Shown piece after piece: positions 26,056 to 39,644 of a DNA stretch of 64,000 nucleotides (position 1 is the stretch's first letter; each line of letters starts with the position of its first letter). The translations under genes and the position numbers were made by a program. The DNA lies in contig BCIN01000011.1 in NCBI GenBank assembly GCA_039545335.1, forward strand, positions 62,001 to 126,000, given 5' to 3'. The DNA is from Kondoa subrosea. Taxonomy: Eukaryota. The notes under the pieces are model-generated. The model was given only the letters and a program-made list of their open reading frames with translations, had not been told where the DNA came from and did no database searches.

Positions 26056-27649
26056 ATGACTCTTCCCGCTTTCCTTTCACGCAATAAAGCGCCTGTCCAA
26101 TTCAAAGTTGTCGAACCTCCGCCTTCGAGCAACAAACGAGCAGAGAAGGAGAAGCAATGGTTTGCTTCTATACGCAATGCCAAGAAAGATTCAACTAGGC
26201 GAACAAGAAGTCATTCTTCTTCCAATGCTATTGAAGTACAGAACAGCAAATCATCTTCCCCTGGCAGACCTCCTTCGCCTGTTCCTTCTATTAAATCGAC
26301 TGTCTCAAAGAAATCTACGCTCTCTAGAATCTTATCACATAGATCTAGTCAATCTAGGTTGAAGCAGAAACAGGAAGATCAAGATGAATTAGCAGCACAG
26401 TATGATTTTGTCATTTCAGCAAACAGTCCACCTTTAGGATCTATTCCAAATGCTTCTACTTCTACAAACTCGCTGGCGAGTAAATTGCAAGATTTAGCTA
26501 CGGCTCATGCGGATGGATTATTGGAAGATGAAGAATATCGGGAATTGAAGAGAGCTTTGTTCGAGAAATCAAATGCGACTGCTTTACCTGAACAAAGCAT
26601 CGGATTAGGGATTGGAAATGAGGAGAACATGTACAAGTCTTCTTTGGGTTGGCATTCCAGTATGTCTACAGATAGCAGTTGAGAGTTCAAGCTGATTTGA
26701 TGCTGCAGCTACTACACTCAAGCCTGAATCTTCAAACTCACTAGCTATACCTGCTCAAAATGGCAAAGCTCGATCAGTCAGAAGCAATCGCCATTCACTT
26801 CTTCCTGCACCTTCCATAGCTGGATCGTCTTCTCGCTTATTCAGAAAGGCCAGGTCTTCGATGTCATTGAAAGAAGACTGGGAGACACTCAATCAGAATC
26901 ACGCTGCGGAACAGCTGGCAACTTCAGTACACGAGAACCGCGATAATGCTTCAATTCGATCAGGCAGTACTCATCCTCGACGACATGCCAGTACATCTAG
27001 TCAATCTATTCAATCTACTTACGGGAGTCCCGGCGTTCGTTCATCTTCAAAAACACCTTCATTATATGCAACCTCATCAAGAGCTTCTTTCAATTCTCAT
27101 ACCTCTTCAGCATACCCGAGATCCATGCAATCTTTCAGTCGACAATCTTATATATCTCATTCCTTCGAAAATTCTACATCTACAGTCGAAACAAGCGTAG
27201 AATTGCACAATTTGATTGTAGAATTGCAAGCGGAATATGAGGGTGTGGACAAACAATTTCAAGATCTGATCATCAGAGCAAGAGAGAAACATACTCGTAG
27301 CGGAGGATCAGATCAATCCCATTCATCTTCCTTGCAGTCATCACCTATCTTGCAATCACCTAAAGCTGCTTCTTTACGCTCACCAGTCCAAATCCGTTCT
27401 CGAAGTATTAGAAGCTATCTCTCCTCTCCATCATCTAAAAGTAGTCCTCCAACTATCTCTCCACCTCAATCTCCTCCTTCCGTCTCGTATGAATTCGATA
27501 GTCCTCAAGATCAACAGCAATACGCTCAAGAAGTAGATCGAATTACCGCTAGGAGGAAGAAAGTCGCTGAAGGGTATAGAGAACGCCTGGAGTACCTGCA
27601 GATTAGATTGAAGGGAGCTCAGTTAAGGGAATCATTGTCAGCTGGCTGA
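26056..27649 (+). CDS. Ser-rich hypothetical protein with SHOCT-like helix pair and coiled coils
   Basis: Two long ORFs bridged by a probable intron. KLQDLATAHADGLLEDEEYRELKRALFE resembles a SHOCT motif. Confidence 0.7.
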
Positions 27650-28217
27650 TCAATGATTGGTCTTTCACTTTTTTGTGTGTATTTGTTTCGTCCGTCTTGG
27701 GAGTGTTGATAGGATTGTACTCTACTAATATTCAGGCTCTGGTAGTCTGTCGATAATGACTCGAATCGAGCGGAATTGCATCGATCCCACAAGTTGAAAA
27801 GCGAAAGAATTCTGGTTTTCTGCCTATATCTTGTCCTATGGTTCCTGAGGCACGTCTGATGATCGAGTATCTGACGGTCTCTCGTTCGCTTCTTGCTGTG
27901 TTGTCTCTGCCGTTCCGAAGGGTGCTTCTTGCTCGTCTGCCCTTTTTGAGCTGCCGAACTCTTAAAGTACCATTCGTACATGTTCTAAATGCTCTATTGG
28001 TGCTTGCATCTAGACTTTCCTAGTCAGTAGTCTATCTCGCGTCTATCCAGAATATCTAATTAGCTGAATATATTCGCTTGTTACATTCGGCTGTCCATTG
28101 CCGTTGCCGTGAAGCCATCCGAGGCGATACGAGAGTGGACAGGGTTGTTAACCATCGATCTACTCTTTTCTGCTCTTCTCTATCCTTGGCCTTGCTGTTC
28201 CCTCCCCATTCTACGAA

Positions 28218-29041
28218 ATGTCTCTCCCTTCCGATTCAATGGTACAAGCGTTGGGCTTGAAACAAGGCGTCGATCATCCTCATATTGCATTTCATCTGCT
28301 CGGCTTTCGCAACGATGACTTTTGCAAGCGAGCTCTTTCCGAAGCCTTCATCCCACATTACAGCAGAAGTCAAGCAGAAGTGACTTGGTTACGACCGAAA
28401 TCTCTAGAGAAGCTGCTCGAGTTCGAGGTCGAAGCTTGGCAGAAGCTTGAATCTATGACGACCATCTCTTACTTCGCTATTATAGCCATCGACGCTCAAG
28501 CGGATTCGGAGAAGCGACATAAATTGGCAGGTCATGTCGTCTTTAATTGGTTCTTTGACGGCAATACTATCAAATCTAATTGCAGACAGATCAGAGTTGC
28601 TGATCCTTGGACACGAGCTAACATGGGATTTGCTGATCATCCTTGGTTTGTTTTCATCCTGTATCTTCGCGGTAAGACGAGCTGACATCGAAGAATCACA
28701 CTACAGGACCATCTCGAGAGCTCTAGATGCTATGACACGCTATGTTGGTCAAATGAAAGGCATCAAGAGTCAGGAAGTCCTCTTTGCGACTGAAGCTGGT
28801 AGATCCCACGGACTCAATTGCGGATATAAAGGTTGGTGAATTTTTTCGACTTGAGCGATGAAGATTGATCAGTGCATACAGCACTTTATGATGATAAGCA
28901 CGCGGTCGATATTTCGCCGAAGGGTCACCCGTCATCATTGGATTTCTGGTATCATTCCGAGTCCGGTAATGTCGCAAAGTATAGGAACAAGCTTGCTGCT
29001 TCGTTCTTAGCTATACCTGCCCATCAAGCTCACCGTACTTG
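28218..29041 (+). CDS. Hypothetical protein
   Basis: 155-aa ORF continued through two putative GT-AG introns. No family recognised. Confidence 0.5.
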
Positions 29042-29418
29042 AGGAAGTAGACCAGTTGTGATGCATGATCTGTCTTAGTCACTTACTACTCTATATACGT
29101 TTTACTGAGACAATTGAACCTAATCAGCAGTCAGAACTCAATCTGTCCTCGCCAGCGGAACTGGCTAAGCCGCCAGCTCGAATCAGCATAACTGGGATTT
29201 GACTCGCAGGTTGTCTCGTGACACTCCTTGTATATATGTCAGCAAGCTGGTACAGATGGATATCTCTCGGAGTCACTTCGTCGTGTAACAATTGCAGTAG
29301 CTTGGCCTACAGTCTCCTATCCTTTTTGCTCATTTCCAAAATCGAAGTGTTGAGGCCCTTTGCGAGGATGCCTTAGCTTTCACGTTTTTCTTCTCTCTCT
29401 TACTTGCGTACTACTTCC

Positions 29419-30591
29419 ATGACATCTCCTTCGAAGTCGATCGAGCCCGCTACATTCGCTTTGGAGCTTTTCCAATTGCTCAGAAGCGATACATGTTTCT
29501 ATACGAAAGGCTATACCGGGACTGCTACAGGGCATGATCTGATTCCTTTACTCTCTGGTATGCTCTTGCATTCTTCTTCTTCTACTTTGATTTGCTCATG
29601 GGCGAAAAGATGAGCGATTCATGAATGATCATCGAATCTGGGCGGCTCTTTCAAACTTACCTGTCCCTGCTTCTGCTCCATTAGCTCTCAATACAAAGCT
29701 CTTGGCTACCTTTGCTACGCAAGAGAAGTTATTCGACCCATCTTCCATCTGCCTGGAAGTCGATCTCGACGTGCGCGCACCAGTCCAACTCAGTCGATAC
29801 TCAACCAAAGCAATCACCATCCCTTCTAATCATTCAGAAGCACTAAGATGGCCCTGGCAATCCCGCAGCAAATCAAGCTCAATCCTAACCAAAAAAATCT
29901 TCTACCCATCTTTAACAAAACTTTCGTTTGAAGCAAATTGGTGGGGGTACAACCTATATTGCCCCGCTTCTTTGTTAGCGAAAATGGCTCCTACTATTAG
30001 TGGAGGTTTATCTACTATTGCGGCTGTTTCGATTGCTCTTGCGTTCATCATTGGTGCTGCACCTACTTTGGGAGCTCTCATACCTGCTGCTGCTTTATTG
30101 ACAGTCAGTACCAATTCTGTTTACACGAAGAAGGATTTGATTCTTCAATTAACAGATGAAAGGAATCGCACCTAGTAAGATCGTTGGGTGTAATTGGAAG
30201 CATTAAGTTGACTTGACGTGGCCTTATAGTTGTTGGCTACATTTCAGCCTTCATAAAGTGAGCAGATGTTTGATTCCAATTAAGGAATCTAACGATAGAG
30301 ATCAGGTTCGCATGGGACAAGGTTTGTCTGAATCAATTATTTAGAGGCTGACTGATTGCAACAAGGACAGATCAAAGGAGCAGACAAAGGAAGAGGAATC
30401 GTTTTATCAGCGACGTGGATCTTGCCTGTAGCATTGATGTGAGTCTTTTCATGCTCAACTTCTGGGCAAGCCGTGTTGACTATAGAATTGCTAGACCTCG
30501 CTCGTGGGATGTGGAAGATCCGCCAAAGGATGTGAAGTTAATTGAACCCGCTCGAGTCGCTCCGGTAATTCAGCCTATGCCAAGCTCTTGA
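29419..30591 (+). CDS. Hypothetical fungal protein with WWGY and ADKGRGIVLSATWILPVAL motifs
   Basis: Exons join in frame: ..WWGYNLYCP..LLT|MKGIAP|IVGYISAFI|KFAWDK|IKGADKGRGIVLSATWILPVAL|PRSWD. Confidence 0.7.
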
Positions 30592-30878
30592 TTTCGTTAT
30601 GGGAGAGTATGATCAGTTTACGAGACAGAAACAGGGTATAAAGTAGAATTAGCGCATAGACTGAATAGTATGCGTAAGGCAAAGAAGTAAAGACACCACT
30701 TAGAGAGGTTTGAACCGAACACACATGCTCGAGCGTGTTTGGTAGGATCGCTGAGCATTCGCGATTGATCTTGGAGTTGCTATGAGCACATAAAGAATTG
30801 AAACGACGAGACCAGACGAAAGCGAGTCAAGAGTCGAAATCGAAGCAATGCGCAAATGAACCAAAGTTACAAGCGACT

Positions 30879-31654
30879 CTACGAAGCTGGAGCTCCTCGA
30901 CCAACACCACCGAATCTGTGCGTATACCATCAGCCTCAATGTTCACCGGCAAAAACGACAAAGCTTTGGCGCACCTTGGTCTGAAATCACCTGGACCTTG
31001 TTCCTTCTTTCCCTCTGCTCCATCATCACGACGACGGTAACCTTCATCACCTCCGCGGGGTGCACGGTAAGCACCACCTTCTGGTCTTCCAGCTCCTTGA
31101 GCAGGTTGTCCAGGTCTAGCAGCGCGAGGTGCTTTTTTGTGAGTTGCTGGAACGATCTCTGTGGAATATGGTGAATGCGAGATCAGACTAAATCTGATTG
31201 CTACATCTCCATGACCCACCTGAAGGAAGGTGAAGGTATTCTCTCAAGTAATCAATACCCTCGTTAGTGAGAGTGTACTGTAAGCCGACGAAGGACCTGG
31301 ATCAGCTTCATGCCGATGAACCTTGTGTCGTGACCCACGTAGTAGTACTGCCATGAGAAGGAAGTCTTGACGAAACCTTTTGAGGTGAGAGACTGGCAAA
31401 GCTTGATGACTTGCAAGTTAGGGCAATCTAATTCCAAATGTTTTGGTGCATTGTACTGTTGAATTCATCAGCTTGATTCCTCTGATGGATTACTGTGCAG
31501 CTGACATCCTTCTTAGCGACCTATTCGAGAGGGGAAAGACGAGCATAAGTTCTGTATGTTCGGACCAAAAAACTTTGGATGTTTGGCTCACCAGGACGCC
31601 CTCCTTGAACAGATTTTCGTAGATGGTCTTCCTGTTGTTCTTAGGGATGATCAT
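30879..31654 (-). CDS. RPS10: 40S ribosomal protein eS10
   Basis: MIIPKNNRKTIYENLFKEGVL|VAKKD|YNAPKH..PNLQVIKLCQSLTSKGFVKTSFSWQYYY|YTLTNEGIDYLREYLHLPS|EIVPATHKK. Confidence 0.97.
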
Positions 31655-31747
31655 GGCGGGCCTTGGACGTTTAAGAGCTCCTTTGGATGAATTTAATCCA
31701 CAGTTGAAAAAAATTCAAAGAGTTAACGATAAACTTAGCCTTATCTC

Positions 31748-31766
31748 CTCTCTCTCTCTCTCTCTC
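31748..31766. repeat. (CT)n/(GA)n microsatellite in the RPS10-PFK26 divergent promoter
   Basis: ctctctctctctctctctc read directly. Confidence 0.85.
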
Positions 31767-31892
31767 GAGCTCGAAGCGTGAGAAGAGCTTTGTAGGAGAG
31801 CATACTACACTGCAACGATATCCAAGCAAGCACGAAGTGTCACCTCCCTTGCATTGAGTGCTTCGTCGCGATAACCCCGCTTTCACTTTATC

Positions 31893-34192
31893 ATGGCCGC
31901 ACCGCTCTACAAACCAGCTTCAGGTCGTCTCTTCCATGCTGTATGCACCAATTCTTATCCACTGGATTCATCTCACAGAGAGATTAGGGTCGAATCGTTA
32001 TCTCTGTCGTTGGTCTTCCAGGCATGTCTTCTCAGCTTATACCTTGAAGGTAGCAATCTAAAAAGATTTGCAGCTAGAGGCAAGACGCATATCTCTAGAT
32101 CTCTCGAACGCTACCTCCGTTGGCTAGGCGTGAAAACAGCAGGTGTGCTATCTCAGACATTATCTCATTCGAGATATGTCTTCTGAGTCCGTGCACAGTC
32201 TTCTCCCTTGGTGATCATCGACGTGAAGTCTTAGGACGAACAGCAGATTTACCAGCCGATTATTTCTCTCGCAAAGAAAACAGATCACCAGAAACGATTG
32301 CCTTGAGACAGAAAGTCAAAGATAGTTTGCATGCTAAGATTATACATTTCTTGGATGAAGAAGGTGGTCAGATTGCTATTCTGGACGCTAATGTGAGGTG
32401 TTGCTGGAAGGAGATTTCAGTGTTTCGCTGATTCCTTTCTATCCTGCACTCACAGAACGGTACGATAGCGCAAAGAGAAGAATTGCGAAACCTCTTTGGA
32501 CCTATGGGCATACATATGTTCTTCATCGGTAAGCAGGAACACGTCTTGGCTGACTACGGTTTAGCTTAAGCGGGGTCTTCTGGTCTTACAGAAACCATTT
32601 GTACCAAGAGGGAGATCATTCAAGCCAATATCAGAGCGTCAGTGCCGCTCACCTTCCCAAGGCGTCTTCGCTGAATTTCGTGACAGTGTAAAGCTATCTT
32701 CGCCGGATGTCAGTGCTAGAAAGATGAGCAAATCAAATTTTGGATTACTGATTCATGGCATTGACAGTACAAAGGTTGGGACCCAGAGAAAGCTGTAGCA
32801 GATTATTGGGGTCGAATCACGGAGCACGAAAAGACTTATCAAACTATCGAACAACCTTCTTTCCCTTATGTCAAAATCATCAATGTTGGTGAACGGATCG
32901 TAGTCAACAATATCCAAGGTTACTTGCAATCGAGGATCGTCTTCTTTTTGATGAATATTCATAATCGATCGAGAACGATTTGGTTAGCTAGAGTGCGTCC
33001 GTCAATTTCAAGAAGTCATATAAGCTGACTTGGACGCTTTGGATGCACAGTCTGGGAGATCTGAAATTGAACATTCGTACAAAGCGGATTCCAATTTAGC
33101 TGCGGAAGGGATTCTCTATGCTGCTCAATTACACAAATTCATCACCGAGAAGAGGAGGAGTATACACAGACAAAAGATGAGAGAGAATCCGGAACATAAG
33201 TCGAAACCTCTAAGAGTCAGTGAGAAGTGTCTTAGAATCGTTCAAAGATTCTATCGTTCGTCTTCTGACAGGTCTGGACAAGTGCTAGAAGAAGATGCTT
33301 GGAGACTACGCAGCCATTTTCTGTTAGTGGCTATACAGTAAAACAGTTTACGCAGATGATTGAGATTAACCCGTATGTGCTTTCAACGGTCCGCTAACAG
33401 AGCTGATTGGGCTCTGTTCTATGTACAGAGGTGTAATCGCAAGTCCGAAGCTACTCCATCAGTTTATGTGCTGATTGAGAATCTTTGCGGTTGCAGGATG
33501 GAATGACACCTGAAGAAATTCAAGAAAGCTATCCAGAAGAATGGGCTCGTGCCCAAAAAGATGCTTTCAGTCATCGCTACCCTCGAGCAGAAAGCTATCA
33601 CGATCTATCAGTCCGACTTGAGCCTGTCATCTTCAACTTGGAACGAGAACAGAATGATGTGCTTATCATCGGTCATGCTTCCGTTTTGAGGTGTTTGTTC
33701 GCCTATCTCAAAGGCTTGGCTCCTCAGTGCGTAGTGCCACATCATTGCTGTAATGTCAGCTTATGATGTGTGCATGGGCACAGAGATATTCCAACGATTG
33801 ATTTACAAAGAGGAGACTGCATTGAGGTATATTTTCCCTGCCGGATGAGCGTCGCACACTGATCCAGTTGCTCAGATATCACCATCAGGTAACAGATCGT
33901 AGATCGACCTCTACTTCAAGCTGATGAGATCTTGCGGTTGTTACAGCTTATGGTATCACCTCAAAGACCCATCACTTCTTCCAAGATTCTTCTCATGTGC
34001 TGGCCGATTGTATGTGAAAATAATGACCGCTGTAAACCAGCTCAACCTTCTTTCCTGTTTTCAGCTGATTCAGCTTATCAATACCAATATGGATCTCCTG
34101 CATCTTCTTTCTTCCCAACTCCTCGAGACCCGCCGGCGGAACTACCACCTCATCGCCTCCCTGTGAAGAGACTCAGTATCAACGAATTCTGA
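31893..34192 (+). CDS. PFK26: 6-phosphofructo-2-kinase / fructose-2,6-bisphosphatase family (probably kinase-only)
   Basis: GLP|ARGKTHISRSLERYLRWLGVK P-loop, VKLSSPDY, GYLQSRIVFFLMNIH, RYPRAESYHDL. Phosphatase motif reads LAR|SG instead of RHG. Confidence 0.93.
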
Positions 34193-34425
34193 GTATGCAT
34201 GTAACACTAGCAATAATTGCAATTTGATGTCTATTGAACGCGAGCATAACAAGGCATGAATGTCATTTCGTGATCTGTTCACTATATCTGAAGCTAAACA
34301 ATGTTCTGTATATTCACAAACAAAAGACGTGATTATACCCAACTACTAAACATGTATGATTGAGATGGTCCGTAAAGAAATTGATAAAGATGCCCAAGAG
34401 ATTACTATACGTATACTAATTTTGA

Positions 34426-37400
34426 CTAGTGAAGAGCTGTCATTTTGGCCAATTCTACAACAGCGATCAGCTATGAAAACGAAAGAGACGATTCTGTATT
34501 GCTTACGACGAAAGGCTTTGATTGATTTCCTCCGTGTCCGTGATCCCGTACTCGGTCTCGCTTCGAGCAGGGAGCGTTGTACAACCTCCTGAACTGCCTC
34601 GAGAGAAGGTTCAGCTCGGCGTGACACTGTTTCGACAGAAGTGGATGATTCGCTACTGGCAGCCATTGCGTCAGCCATAGGATCCATTCGCTCGTGAGAA
34701 GGAGAAGGTAAAGTGGGCGATAAATTAGGTCTGAATATGCTGAGAAGGGAAGAGGAACTGGATTGACGTCCATTAGAGGAAAGTGAAGTTGTCGAGCTTC
34801 GCTTGGAACGCCAACCATTGCTTTTAGTATTAGCCGTCTTGTCCACATCGCCATATATAAAGCTTGAGGCGTAAATGGCTTGAGCATCTTGTTCAGCTGA
34901 TCCAAGGGATGGGCCCATCCGTGCGCGATGAGCATCTGTGAAAGATGCTTTGCGAGAGAGGGAACCGAAGACACCACGAATACCAGACCAATGCGGTCCA
35001 TCTTCAGGTGTAATCATCACCGGACTAGGTGGAGCAGTTGAAGCAGGAGATAGGGAAGGGGTTTGAGCTTCAGAAGGATGAGAAGAGCCAGAAGACGAAT
35101 GCGAGCCATTTCTGGCTACACCTGCACCATCTGCTGCAGGCAAAAACACTTCATCGGACAGTTGCGGTGAACCCAACAAGGATCTAGTGCGCATTCGAAT
35201 TGATCCCGCCCAAGATCTTCTGATGTTGCTAGGTTGAGGTTCTGCAGCTGAAACACCTCCAGTTGTTCTGCTTCTACCTAGAGGTGGCGGCGCTGGTACA
35301 CTCTTTGACATCTCTGTCCCAGCAGCTGGTATGTCTATACTGAGCCTTCGCTTCTTTGGTTCTTCTCCCACTTTGATGTTTACAGGTCTGAAGGTGTCAG
35401 CGAAACTCTTGCGCCTTGTAGCTACATTCGTTTCTCTTGTGGTAGCCCTTCGCGTGAGGATAGGAACATTGTTAGCTGGAGCAGAATGTTGTCGTTTGTG
35501 ATCGCGAGATCTCTGCCGCCCATCAGGACTTGAGCTTCTCGAGTTTGCAGCTCTCGCAGTCAAACATTCGTCAGAAAAGACGTCAGATAAACGAGAGTCG
35601 ATAGTAGCTCTGTTGGCTGAAGGTGTCCGGCCAAGAAAAGTGAGAGTCGACTGAGAAAGACGAGATCGAAGATGGAAAGGTACTGCTTGCCCTGAGCCAA
35701 GTCTTGACCCAGAATTATCTTCTTCGTCAGTCAAGTGAGCGTCTTCAGCAGATCCACCAAGGTCTGGCGACATAGGCATTTGGTGATAGTCGACAGGTAT
35801 GCTTGATATGGTAGTCTCATCGAAATGCGATTCTGTGTTGCCAACCAAAGCCCAGGCTTCTCGACAGATAGCCGAGGCTTCTTGCAGACGTCGAGTCCAA
35901 AGGTGCTTCTCCGCGAGACCGGTAGCAGCGAAGTCGAAACGCTGATCCCCATGAACAAGACGAAAAGAGAAAGGCAATGCACCTTCTTCCGTTGTATTTT
36001 CGACATCGAAAGCTCGAAGAGGCAGCCAATGTCTGGGTTCGTAGCAATCTGCTCGCCTGACTTTCGCCAAGACAAGATGTGTAGTGTATAGGAAAGCGCC
36101 ATAGTATTTGACTTTGAGATTCGGACTATCCGCTGAGGGATATTGGATGAAGTAGAGTGCGCCAATCATATGCACATAGCCAAGAACAGATAAGAAGGTA
36201 GGTTGAATTGCCTGTAAATCAGGATCTGAATATTAGCTTCCACAAAAGATGAATACTAGTATCAAGCTTACCTGAGGCACTTCCAACCTTCTGGCGACCA
36301 GAGCACTCTTCCTCTCCACTTCCATCTGCACTTTCGCCGCATCCACCGCTTCCGCAGCACTCTTGACAGCTTCCGTAGCTTTTCTAACGGCTCGCGCAGC
36401 CTCTTCCTCCTCCTCTACATTCACATTGACACATTTCTCCAGCCCAGCAAGCATCATGGGGTATCTGCATATCCTTTGAATTGGTTTGATAGCATAATCC
36501 CTAACTCTCAATCTTGGTCCGAAACCTATCGAATCAGGGTAACGGAGAGCAGCTTGCATTGCGCAGTTTTGTTGATAAGGCTCCCAATAGGTTTTGGATA
36601 ACTCGTACTGCCGAAGTAGAGCCATAGCATCTGCATGTTTTGCGCAGAACTCCTCATACAATCGAAGACTTTCAGCCTGCAAGTCAAATGATCAGCTCAC
36701 GAGCACCTAGCAGCTACAACGAAGCATGCCTCAGCCAAGATAGCTTCTGCTACTCTTTGCAAAGCCAACAAGACTTTCGTGTCGTCCCAGCCCTCCTTGT
36801 TCTCGTTGCGCCAAGCTATCGATTCTTCGATCTGATCGAAAGCAGCCGATAATCGTTGGTGGAAAGCAAGTAGATCATCTGCGTTTCGACGGATAGAAGC
36901 ATTGCATTCCGGTGTAGATTGAGGTAAGAAAGCCAGAGTGTCAAAATAGATCTGCAAATCGTACAGACAGTCAGTTGCCTTCTTCCGATTGAAAGAAAAG
37001 GGAAAGTAATGACATGTATGAGAATCCGGAGATCTTGCAAATACCCATCTTCCGTGCTGACTAATTCCAACAAAGCTCTGTACCTTCTTTCACTCTTGAA
37101 ACTGGTTGATGATTCAGGTTGTGAAGCAGCAGACATAGATTGAACCAAAGCCGAATCACTCATCTGCCGAGGTAGGATGACTGGTTCATGTTCGAAAGTG
37201 GTTGTAGGTTGAATGGGAGAAGTCGTGGAAGTGGCAGATGTATAGAATTCAGCCACGCTGACTGGAGAATTTGGTGCAGAGGATAGAGCAGGTGAAGAAT
37301 GTGATCGCTTAGGAGAGGAAGCAGGAGAAGACCGTAAGAAAGAAGGAGAAACGAGGATCGAATCTGGTAATTGAGAAGTACTTGCTATTGGAACATGCGG

Positions 37401-37874
37401 TGCTTCTTCTTTTGCTTCGTCATCATCTTCCAGATCTGCAGGTTCTCCACTGTAGAAGCTAAAAGAAGGCGCACGTCGGTCGGTAGCGCACGCTGGACTT
37501 TCTTGAGGAGAGGAGGCAATCGTGCCGAGGCTTGGCACCATTCTTGACAAGGAGCTGTATGAGGATCTGTTGTGATTGCTGATCTCGCTCAGAGCTAGAT
37601 GTAGAGCTTTAGGTGGTGGCGGTGTAGAACGGCTACTGCTTGCTGAAGGAGTTGCGTAACCAGAATTTGACATAGGCGAATCTCCAGGTGATGCAAACAC
37701 ATCTTCACTTTCTGATCTGCTGGATCGAGCAAGAGGTGTGTTGCATGAAGAGTAGGAATCGTTTTTGGCCATAGAAAGGTTCAATGCATTGGTGGACAGA
37801 TGGCTTTGAAAGTAATGACTGTCCGAACTTCGATCCAGTCCGGTCATGCTGATTGAAGGCGGTAATACTTCCAT
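34426..37874 (-). CDS. Rho guanine-nucleotide exchange factor (DH-PH) with Ser-rich termini
   Basis: RALLELVSTEDGYLQDLRIL, LYEEFC, DYAIKPIQRICRYPMML (DH), then YYGAFLY..LVLAK..YEPRHWLPL..EKHLW (PH-like). Confidence 0.88.
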
Positions 37875-39132
37875 CCACTGGTTGTGAGCTGAAGCTGATA
37901 AGGCCAATTTCTTCAGCCCCAATGCGAATCTTTAGAGTCAGACTTCGGATTCGGATTTCAATGAAAGGATCCCTGTGTTAGCGCTGAATGACTTGGCCGT
38001 GCCGAAGCTGGGCAACTGCTTGATTCAAAGGATTGACAGGCTTGTGTGTAGCAGTGCTAAGAGTTTATTGGATGGCGCCCATTTGTGCTTATTCAATGTA
38101 TCGACTTTTGAATTGCAAGAAATTTAACAAAGGCAGACACTTCTTTGACAGAGGAGGTCGACGTTGAGAGAGCAGATTCCTGCCAGAAATAGCTGGATCC
38201 TCGATTTGGGAGTCAAAGCTGTGAAACTGTGCTTTGTTTTTTCGCTTCTGTGCACAGTTTGTCCGAGCTTGTGACAGCCGCTAGGAATATGTAGAGGGTA
38301 TTCGTAAGTCCAGTCAGTCGTATAATTAGTGGCAGGGTCGTAGTCCAGGAAAGAGTGCGCTGAGGTGATAAAGTTCAATGAATTGCCTTAACCAGCAGAA
38401 TTAGTGTCGGATGCTCGCTTTCTCTCCGCTGTCTTCGGCTCGCCAGCTCTCCTTGTGCTGCAGTCAGGTATACTACTTTGCTTCAATTCGCTGTGCACAG
38501 CCAAGTGAAATATAACATAAGCTCTCTGATCCTACTCAATTGTCTCTGTGATCGTAAGATTTTCGCGCGCGCAGTGCCTGCAAGTTTCCCGACCTCTCTC
38601 ACGCGCAGAACAATGCTCTTGAAATAGATTTCTCCCGCTTCCCGCAACCCATGTGAACAATCCTTTCATATTCATATCTTCCACGTCAAGTTCGAGAACT
38701 CAAAAAGAGGCTCGGCCGGAGGTAAGCAGAATATCCGAAACCTTCGCTAATCACGCGATGGAGAGTAATTGATGTTCCATAGGTATGACAGCAGACAGAG
38801 ACCTTCACAAGCCGCTGGAGTGAACCAATTTTTATCAAAAATGGAGAGTATCAGGAGACAGACATTGACGTCACAGAGTAGAACAAGGAGGGCAGGCTCA
38901 GATATGACACAACATTCATCAGAAGTAGATGAGGGACAGAAGTTAAAAAGATATAGCAAGCGGAAAAGAAAAAAAGCCATCGAAGTTGCATCAAGAACGA
39001 GTAGACCAGCTTGATTTCGTCGTGTTAATGCATATATACAGTCACTGCTAAGCACATCAGCCTTTTCGAAACTCCGCGATGATTGCCAACTCACCTAGCA
39101 CCTAAATGTACACATTTGCGATATGCCAACTT

Positions 39133-39644
39133 TCAATTCCTCTCCACTCTATTGAGCCTCTTGGCAGTCCTAGCATTCGTCTTTGTCCTTTGTCCATTGA
39201 CAGGGTACCCCATAGCATGCCTTCTTCCTCTCAAACTACCAATAGCTCTTTGATGTGCTATATTAGCCCTAACTTCTCTTCTCAAATCACTCTCAATCAA
39301 TAAATTCGCTAAAATATCATTCTTCTCTGATGTTTGTTCAGTAGCAGGGGAAGAGGAAAGACCAGGGAAAGAAGCGGTTGGCATTGATGGCATTTTTGTG
39401 CTGCTGGGAGCTGACAAGAGAGCAGACAAAGAGTTGATTTGAGGTTCAGAGAGTTGAGAAACCTGTAGACGATCGTGCAATTGCAGACGACGACATATTT
39501 GCAGAGAAGTTGATGGTCCAATGCCTTTAAATGAATTTAGGGCAATCTGTACAAATCTAGTGAGCTAATTGATAGCCTGAAGGGCGTATGGGAGTCTACT
39601 TTTACTAGCGACTTGTCCTTGAGAGTTACGCCTAGCAAATTCAT
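39133..39644 (-). CDS. SWS2: Mitochondrial ribosomal protein uS13m
   Basis: [50 protein letters not shown]. Confidence 0.92.
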
